Below are positions 58,243 to 64,000 of a stretch of DNA of 64,000 nucleotides, piece by piece. Under the pieces are notes generated by a model. The model made no database searches. It was not told the origin of the DNA and saw nothing but the letters and a program-made list of their open reading frames with translations. Every line of letters begins with the position of its first letter. The stretch's first letter is position 1. The stretch comes from Candidatus Bathyarchaeia archaeon (lineage in GTDB: Archaea > Thermoproteota > Bathyarchaeia > Bathyarchaeales > Bathycorpusculaceae): positions 98,790 to 162,789 of the forward strand of contig JAVZNT010000002.1 in assembly GCA_038882655.1 (NCBI GenBank), written 5' to 3'. The position numbers and the translations under genes are program-made.

Positions 58243-58680
58243 GACAAACGGTTTAAAACCTAAATTTAAGCATGCATCCTCCAAATGATTGAAGCTGTTA
58301 AAACGGAAAAGGTGGCTTCCACACTTACAATCGGAACAACCAAACCCCTCAATCGGAGAACCGACAAGTCTAAGACTGTGCGCAGTTCTACACTCTTCTG
58401 GTTTTTCAGCCTCCTTGTAAAAAGCCTTCGCAACGCTTACGCCATCCATGGCAAGCAAGTGGTCTATGTGCCAAAAAGATTTCTTACAAGCCTTTGTGAA
58501 GTGTCTCATCAAACGCTTTTCGAGACCTTTTTGGGCAGAACCTACATAGGCATAAAAGCCCTTTTCCAAGGAAAAATTCTTTCGTGCACAAAACTTAACG
58601 TTTAGACTTTTGCTTACCAATATTGCCAGAATGTAGATCCCTTCCACCACATTTTTCCGCCTGTAAACCGCTATTTTCAT
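58228..58680 (-). CDS. GIY-YIG nuclease family protein (DUF123)
   Basis: GIYIL, YAYVGSA, WHIDHLL, GFGCSDCKCGSHL; start uncertain. Confidence 0.88.
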   Translation of the reverse strand: MKIAVYRRKNVVEGIYILAILVSKSLNVKFCARKNFSLEKGFYAYVGSAQKGLEKRLMRHFTKACKKSFWHIDHLLAMDGVSVAKAFYKEAEKPEECRTAHSLRLVGSPIEGFGCSDCKCGSHLFRFNSFNHLEDACLNLGFKPFVLSRQ

Positions 58681-58783
58681 ACCATTTAATAATTTCCTCA
58701 ACAGTCCTTTCAGAATAACCCATCTGCCTCAACATAGCCCTTACATCTGACTCTGAATTTCTACCCAAAGCCCGAATCTCCAA
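58595..58783 (-). CDS. Small hypothetical protein
   Basis: Starts 4 nt after the APH gene stop; LRQMGYSERTVEEIIKW resembles a UBA-like helix; 3' end overlaps the next gene. Confidence 0.35.
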   Translation of the reverse strand: MEIRALGRNSESDVRAMLRQMGYSERTVEEIIKWYENSGLQAEKCGGRDLHSGNIGKQKSKR

Positions 58784-58787
58784 GCCC

Positions 58788-59939
58788 TCATTTGAGATAC
58801 GAGTCTATATCCTCATAATCGAAAGTTTTGGTTTTTAGCATTTTCTGTGCAAACTGCAAAATCTTTTTTCTCACATTAGCCGAGAGGTTAGGATACCATA
58901 TGGGTGAAGCTAAAACAAGGCTTCTCCAAGCATAAAAGGGCTGGATTACGCTTAAAATTTCTTCATCGCCAGTTTTATCCACATAGTTCCGCCAGAAGAG
59001 TAGGAAAAGCCTGTCGAAGGGTCCATCCATCTGCCCATAGGCTTGCAGCGAGTAAAAGATGTAGTTTATTGTCATGGCACTCACATCGTCCGCTGGCTCA
59101 CCCCACTCACCACGACTGCGGTCGAGAACCGTAAAGCCTAAACCTTCCCTGAAAAGAACATTCCACGGATGAAAGTCCCCATGCACTTGCGAAAGCCTAT
59201 GAGCTTTCTTTTTGAGGCGCCAACGCCACTCAACACACATTTTCTCAAACTCAACCAAAAACTTTTCATTAACGTAGTCTAAACCGCTGGGATAGCTATC
59301 CGTCAACCCAAAGACTCCTTCTCCATGCCCAAGAAGGTCTCTAAGCCTCCTTACGTAAAGTTGAGGCGCATCCTTCCTCTTTACCGAGTGAATTTCAACC
59401 AGATAGTCGGATAGGGCTAGGCACCTCTCCTCATCCAAATCCATTAAGCTGCCAGTGTCTTTAATCCTGTCTAAATCACAATGATAGGGCACACCTTCCA
59501 CAAACTCTGTTAAAATGAAAAACTCTCCTGCATCTCCTAGTGACTTCAGCTTTTTACCATCAACGGTGAAGGCGCCGACATCAACGGAGCGCACATGCCT
59601 ATTCAACTTGTTAAAGGCGCTGTGTTGCCAAAGGAGAATTTGCGCACGGTCTGATGGAAAATCATGTCCAAAACCTTCGGGGTGCATTGTTTCCAATACA
59701 ACCCGCTTAACCTCACCCTTAACGCGGAACTCGATAACATATGGGATGCCATAACCGAAACCCTTTAAGTCTCTAACACCTTCGGTTTTTTCCTCGCCAA
59801 GTCTCCATATGCCAAGAATCTCCACTTTGCAGCCATATAAGTTTGAAAGATATTCTCGCAAGGCTTCCTCAGAAAGTTTGATGCGCCCAGCGTTACGGCT
59901 ACCCTTTTCAGCCATAAGGTTTACACCCAAAACGAACAT
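58788..59939 (-). CDS. Aminoglycoside phosphotransferase/choline kinase-like protein
   Basis: HGDFHPWN catalytic loop, LDRSRG, GEPADD. Confidence 0.87.
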   Translation of the reverse strand: MFVLGVNLMAEKGSRNAGRIKLSEEALREYLSNLYGCKVEILGIWRLGEEKTEGVRDLKGFGYGIPYVIEFRVKGEVKRVVLETMHPEGFGHDFPSDRAQILLWQHSAFNKLNRHVRSVDVGAFTVDGKKLKSLGDAGEFFILTEFVEGVPYHCDLDRIKDTGSLMDLDEERCLALSDYLVEIHSVKRKDAPQLYVRRLRDLLGHGEGVFGLTDSYPSGLDYVNEKFLVEFEKMCVEWRWRLKKKAHRLSQVHGDFHPWNVLFREGLGFTVLDRSRGEWGEPADDVSAMTINYIFYSLQAYGQMDGPFDRLFLLFWRNYVDKTGDEEILSVIQPFYAWRSLVLASPIWYPNLSANVRKKILQFAQKMLKTKTFDYEDIDSYLK

Positions 59940-60004
59940 ACATAGGAAGTTGTACTTAAATATAAATCGAAGCAGAATTCACAAAAGACCTTAAAGGTTT
60001 AAAA

Positions 60005-60397
60005 TTGAAAAAACACGGTAAATCACCTCCCTTCATGAAGGTTTATAGAAGCTTACCAGAGGTGCTCACAGACCACAAACTGGCAGCCTTGGGCGACGCG
60101 TACATAAACTTTGCCTACTCATTGGTATTATCCATAAAAAGGCAACGGCCATCTGGAGCAAAAGTCAAAGGAAAAGTGCTGGCAGAAGCCTTCAAAAAAG
60201 CTAGTTTAAGAAGGCATATGCCTTCAAGGGTTTCAAGCCACATGATGGCTAATGCTGCTGAAGCCCTAATAGTTTACGCTTGGCTTCACGGGCACATGCC
60301 ACTGGACGAGTGCGTGTCAATACTGCAAACGTCTGAAGATCTAGTTGAAGGCTTCACCCAGCTATTATCAACGATAAAGAACAGAATCACTTTTTAA
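60005..60397 (+). CDS. Archaeal ribonuclease III-like (Mini-III-type) protein
   Basis: LAALGDAYINF, ANAAEALI; no dsRBD. Confidence 0.8.
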   Translation: MKKHGKSPPFMKVYRSLPEVLTDHKLAALGDAYINFAYSLVLSIKRQRPSGAKVKGKVLAEAFKKASLRRHMPSRVSSHMMANAAEALIVYAWLHGHMPLDECVSILQTSEDLVEGFTQLLSTIKNRITF

Positions 60398-60668
60398 AGG
60401 TTTTTTGGAGGGCTTCAGCAAACTCCTCGTTCATCTCGCTGGCTTTTTCCAAGGCTTTCAGTAGAGCTTCCTCTGGTTTAACGTTGCCCTTTGTCCGAAC
60501 ATAAATGACCGGAACCGGCGTAAGAGGATGCGAAATATCATAGCCAGCCAGTTCCACATTTTCGTCTTCCAACAGCCTTTTCTGTAAAAGGTTGCAGAGG
60601 GTGTGACCGGCCCCTTCAACCTCAACTTTAAGCTCGTTTTCTGTTCTCTTTAAAACGGTAACCTTCAT
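60387..60668 (-). CDS. rpo11: RNA polymerase subunit Rpo11 (L)
   Basis: GHTLCNLL, AGYDISHPL. Confidence 0.95.
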   Translation of the reverse strand: MKVTVLKRTENELKVEVEGAGHTLCNLLQKRLLEDENVELAGYDISHPLTPVPVIYVRTKGNVKPEEALLKALEKASEMNEEFAEALQKTFKK

Positions 60669-60682
60669 TTTGTTTCACCTTT

Positions 60683-61264
60683 TTAAATTATTCCCCTGCC
60701 ATAGTCTATGGCTGTTTTACGCTTTTCAATCTTCCCACACCTTGGACACTGTAAACCTCGACCCCTCATTTCCAGCACCTCGCCACATTGAGAGCAAAAC
60801 GCGTAAACAACGCCTAGGCTTTTATCTTTAGTTGTTAAATGATAAGCCCTATTCTTTTCGCTGATTACTTTTGCGCGTAAGATGTCGCCGGGCTTGCAGA
60901 CATCAAACATGGACTCAACAAACCTTAAGTGCACATCAGAAACGTGGAGCATACCTGTGAAGAATCCAGAGAGCCACCTCTTTCCAATTTTAAAGATGCG
61001 GACTGTGGCTATTTGGGTCTGAACATTTGAAGCTTGCCCTATCACAATGCTCCCAACTTTTGGAACTCTAGCTCCATGAACCAAGGGAAAAACTGAAACC
61101 CGTTTGTTTAGAAGGTCTAAGAGGGAACGCCCTACAATCTTTGAGTATATAACCCCATTCTTAACATACGTGCCGGCGTTTGGAACAAACTCTTCAATAA
61201 CACCTAAGGGTTCGCCGGGCAAGACCAGTTGTCCGCTGTTCTTTTTTGAGGACCTCGAACTCAT
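60683..61264 (-). CDS. csl4: Exosome complex RNA-binding protein Csl4
   Basis: VLPGEPLG, S1 domain GDILRAKV, LGVVYAFCSQCG, CPRCG..EKRK. Confidence 0.94.
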   Translation of the reverse strand: MSSRSSKKNSGQLVLPGEPLGVIEEFVPNAGTYVKNGVIYSKIVGRSLLDLLNKRVSVFPLVHGARVPKVGSIVIGQASNVQTQIATVRIFKIGKRWLSGFFTGMLHVSDVHLRFVESMFDVCKPGDILRAKVISEKNRAYHLTTKDKSLGVVYAFCSQCGEVLEMRGRGLQCPRCGKIEKRKTAIDYGRGII

Positions 61265-61312
61265 GTTGTCAGCATCCCAACGATAAGGCTTATTAGAATA
61301 CCTCGGAACAAC

Positions 61313-62041
61313 TCAATAAACCTTTCCCAGCTTCTTGTAGGCTTGTAACACTTTAGCGATATATCGTGTATGCAGTCTTTCATGGTCTACAAGCCTCCTT
61401 AAAACCTTTCTAGCGGTCCAGAGGTTGCACATTGGGCTTTTGTCTTTTTTAGGTTGGAAAACTCCTCGCATTTTGTCCCTAGGCATTTTCATCAAATAGT
61501 TGACAACAACTTTTCTAGTGTGGGTTAGCAGTTCAAATACGTTTCTCGGATAATGTATTGGCAACTCAACATCTAAACGTGTTACGTACCAAGGCTCAAC
61601 ATAGGCTATATGTCTCAAACAGTTCCTAATGGTGCGAGGCTTACCCGGAGGCAACCAGTCAAGAACTTCGTTGCTCAAGTTTGAAACGAGCCCTAATAGG
61701 TCTTCCCTAGAATACTCCATGAGCTTTAAAGTCCATGCAACATCCTTTCTCGTGACGGAAGCCACTTCAGACCAGAAGAGGGGTTCAGGTTTTCCAGCCT
61801 CAACTGGATTGTAGCTCACCCTCAAAACTTCTGCAACCTCAATTTCAAAATCTCCTGCTTCGCCTGGAACACGCTCACCGTGCCTCTTTAGCCAATCGAA
61901 CCATTCAGCAACAGCAGTCCTCACTTTTGCGAGGGCGCTTTCTGGAGAGCGCCCGAAAACCCAGCACCCCGGATATTCCGGAACAAAAGCGCCTGTTCCT
62001 TCCAACCCAACTTCTAAACAGACCGCTATCTTTCTTACCAT
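61313..62041 (-). CDS. HicB-like domain fused to a DinB family domain
   Basis: VPEYPGCWVFG...EWFDWL (HicB-like); RHIAYVE and RRLVDHERLH (DinB His triad). Confidence 0.8.
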   Translation of the reverse strand: MVRKIAVCLEVGLEGTGAFVPEYPGCWVFGRSPESALAKVRTAVAEWFDWLKRHGERVPGEAGDFEIEVAEVLRVSYNPVEAGKPEPLFWSEVASVTRKDVAWTLKLMEYSREDLLGLVSNLSNEVLDWLPPGKPRTIRNCLRHIAYVEPWYVTRLDVELPIHYPRNVFELLTHTRKVVVNYLMKMPRDKMRGVFQPKKDKSPMCNLWTARKVLRRLVDHERLHTRYIAKVLQAYKKLGKVY

Positions 62042-62053
62042 ATGCTTTCGCTT

Positions 62054-63049
62054 CTAAAAGAATCCCCTCTTGCAAAGCTCCTTCCACGAAATTTCGCCAG
62101 TAACCACAAGCGCTTCATTTATTGTTAGCATAGGCTTTGAGAACTTCGATGGAGCGTCAAGCGATACACGAGGGCATGTCGTGTTAACGTAGGCGTCCAC
62201 CGTTTGAAAGTTCATGACCATTTCTGGCGTTATTTCTCTAATGGCGAATAGGTAGGCATCCTTGCCAGCTTTTTCAAGCTTTTCCTTGACGGTTAGGGCT
62301 TCTTCAAGCCGTTTTTGCCCGGGTTTGAGCCCCACAAGAACTGCGAAGGTTTTTGCTTTTTGGGCTTCTTGTATGCTCGCCCACCTTTGCTTTTGAATTT
62401 TCTGTGCTTCCTCGTCTATTGAATAGGCTCTTTTCTCGTATGGGTCTGCAACCACTGTTGGCTTTGAGGTTGCAAGAGCCAAGCCTAAAGCGTGAAACCG
62501 TCCACCACCTATGAAGAGGAAGCCTTCAACATCCTCAGCCATGGATTTAGCGTTGCTATGGTCGCATCCAACAACTTGCCCCGGATAGTTTAGGCGTCCG
62601 GCGTCGCCAACCATGACGGTCTTTCCGGCGCGGATTAGCATTTCTTTTGCTTCGTCAAGGGTTTGCACGTGCTGGACTGTTGTGGCTAAGCCTATCTTGC
62701 GCCAATTCGCCATTAAGGGTAATGCCTTTTCAACAGCCTCTGTTACGTTTATGGTGGCTCGCGCCTCAATGTAGATGGTCGGCACCTTCTCATACTTCAA
62801 GAGCTTCGCGTGTCCGTAGTGCACTATAAGGTCTGCGCCTAGGCTTTCAGCCTCAGAAGTTGCCAAGTCACAAGCACCATAGCATGGGTCGGCGGAAACA
62901 ATTGGTAAAGCGCCAGCCTTCTCAACCACTTTTGCTAGGCGTGGAGCTTCACTCTTGAGCCCTTCTGGCAGCTGTATTAAAACGCGTTTAGCTCCAAGCT
63001 TAACGATTTCCTGCCTTAACCTTTCCTCCTCAAAATCAAACATCTTCAA
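62054..63049 (-). CDS. dph2: Diphthamide biosynthesis enzyme Dph2
   Basis: QLPEGLK, CYGACD, HYGH, GQVVGC, GGGRFH, TCPR. Confidence 0.96.
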   Translation of the reverse strand: MKMFDFEEERLRQEIVKLGAKRVLIQLPEGLKSEAPRLAKVVEKAGALPIVSADPCYGACDLATSEAESLGADLIVHYGHAKLLKYEKVPTIYIEARATINVTEAVEKALPLMANWRKIGLATTVQHVQTLDEAKEMLIRAGKTVMVGDAGRLNYPGQVVGCDHSNAKSMAEDVEGFLFIGGGRFHALGLALATSKPTVVADPYEKRAYSIDEEAQKIQKQRWASIQEAQKAKTFAVLVGLKPGQKRLEEALTVKEKLEKAGKDAYLFAIREITPEMVMNFQTVDAYVNTTCPRVSLDAPSKFSKPMLTINEALVVTGEISWKELCKRGFF

Positions 63050-63113
63050 GGTGAAACACCAAACATTTTTAAAGAGAACATTGACTGGGAGAAAGGGGAG
63101 CTTAAGCGACTAG

Positions 63114-64000
63114 TTACTTTATGTTTTCATCCCATTGGGGCGTCCATTCCCAATCTTCTTTCGGTCTTTTAACTGGGCGCCCTAGGGCTCGCTCATGCTG
63201 TTCAGCAAGTTTCTCCAAGATTATCTTTTGCTCTAGACTTGCAACAAGCTTCTTTGTGGCTATTACAGCGTCGGGGTTTACAGATATGCTGTCTATTCCA
63301 GCCCGCACTAAAAACTCGGTGAAGTCTGGAAGGTTTGATGGAGCCTCGCCGCAGATAGAGACTGTGCAGCCGTTTTCATGTGCCACCTTGATTAGGTGGG
63401 CTATTATTCTTTTGACGGCTGGGTCTCTCTCGTCGAAGTACCCCATTTGCCCGAGGCGTTCTGAGTCTCTATCAATCATTAGCATGCCTTGTGTCATGTC
63501 GTTTGAGCCTACGGAGAAGCCGTCACAGAGCTTCGAGAACTCGTCGGCTAATATGGCTATTGAAGGCGTTTCAGCCATAAACCAAACCTTAAAGTCTTTC
63601 GACCTTTCCAAGCCTTCTTCCCGCATTATTTCTAGGCATTTTTTGGCCTCCCATACGGTGCGCACCACTGGAAGCATAACCCAAACGTTTTTCAATCCCC
63701 ACTCTTCACGGCACTTTCTTATGGCTTGACATTCTAGACGGAAAGCCTTCTCGTACCATGGGCTTATGTAGCGGCTGCACCCCCGCCAGCCCAGCATGGG
63801 GTTATTCTCAACAATCTCGTACTTTTCTCCGCCTTTAAGCTCACGGTACTCATTTGTTTTGAAGTCGCTGAAGCGCACCACCACCGGACGGGGCTGTATA
63901 GCCCTAGCAACAGTGGCTATGCCCTCTGCAAGCTTGTCAACAAATTTCTGGCTTTGCCCAATTTCTATGAGGTAAAGCGGATGCTCCCCAATGTAGCTGG
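63114..64000 (-). CDS. ppsA: Phosphoenolpyruvate synthase, C-terminal part (5' end outside window)
   Basis: [37 protein letters not shown]; frame stays open to the window edge. Confidence 0.94.
   Translation of the reverse strand, partial: SYIGEHPLYLIEIGQSQKFVDKLAEGIATVARAIQPRPVVVRFSDFKTNEYRELKGGEKYEIVENNPMLGWRGCSRYISPWYEKAFRLECQAIRKCREEWGLKNVWVMLPVVRTVWEAKKCLEIMREEGLERSKDFKVWFMAETPSIAILADEFSKLCDGFSVGSNDMTQGMLMIDRDSERLGQMGYFDERDPAVKRIIAHLIKVAHENGCTVSICGEAPSNLPDFTEFLVRAGIDSISVNPDAVIATKKLVASLEQKIILEKLAEQHERALGRPVKRPKEDWEWTPQWDENIK

Noticed and set aside
63121-63729. 202-aa plus-strand ORF
   Set aside because: Antisense shadow of ppsA
1-64000. CRISPR array, transposase, intein, tRNA intron, Sec/Pyl readthrough
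   Set aside because: No regularly spaced repeats, mobile-element motifs, large in-frame insertions or interrupted conserved genes were seen by eye

Overview
Archaeal chromosomal window. Gene content points to a TACK archaeon, most likely Bathyarchaeia (inference from TACK-type informational genes, H4MPT-linked Ftr/Fae homologs and NosD-type surface proteins). It is mostly housekeeping: EF-1beta, Cdc48, Pth2, TruD, SAM synthetase, ribosomal protein clusters (L24e-S28e-L7Ae, L40e, S6e-eIF2g-Rpo7-Spt4-S24e-S27ae, L3-L4-L23-L2-S19), Gar1-TFB, SucCD, Alba, AspRS, Rpo11-Csl4, Dph2, a partial PEP synthase, tRNA-iMet and tRNA-Gly(CCC). No CRISPR array, transposase or integrase was seen. Best candidate for an undescribed system: a convergent purine cluster (purF-purD ... 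purQ-purL-purS-purM) that has every early step except GAR transformylase (no purN/purT). A HAD hydrolase, an Ftr paralog and a PfkB kinase sit in that gap, suggesting methanopterin-dependent GAR formylation. Other highlights: an HTH-Fae-Hps fusion whose promoter carries repeated ATCCGACA boxes (probable autoregulation), two unannotated C/D-box sRNAs (one complementary to the tRNA-Gly in this window), a Cren7-like Zn-ribbon fused to a coiled coil, an 18-aa Lys-rich micropeptide ORF and a candidate GMGT-lipid synthase. All family calls are by motif recognition; no database search was run.
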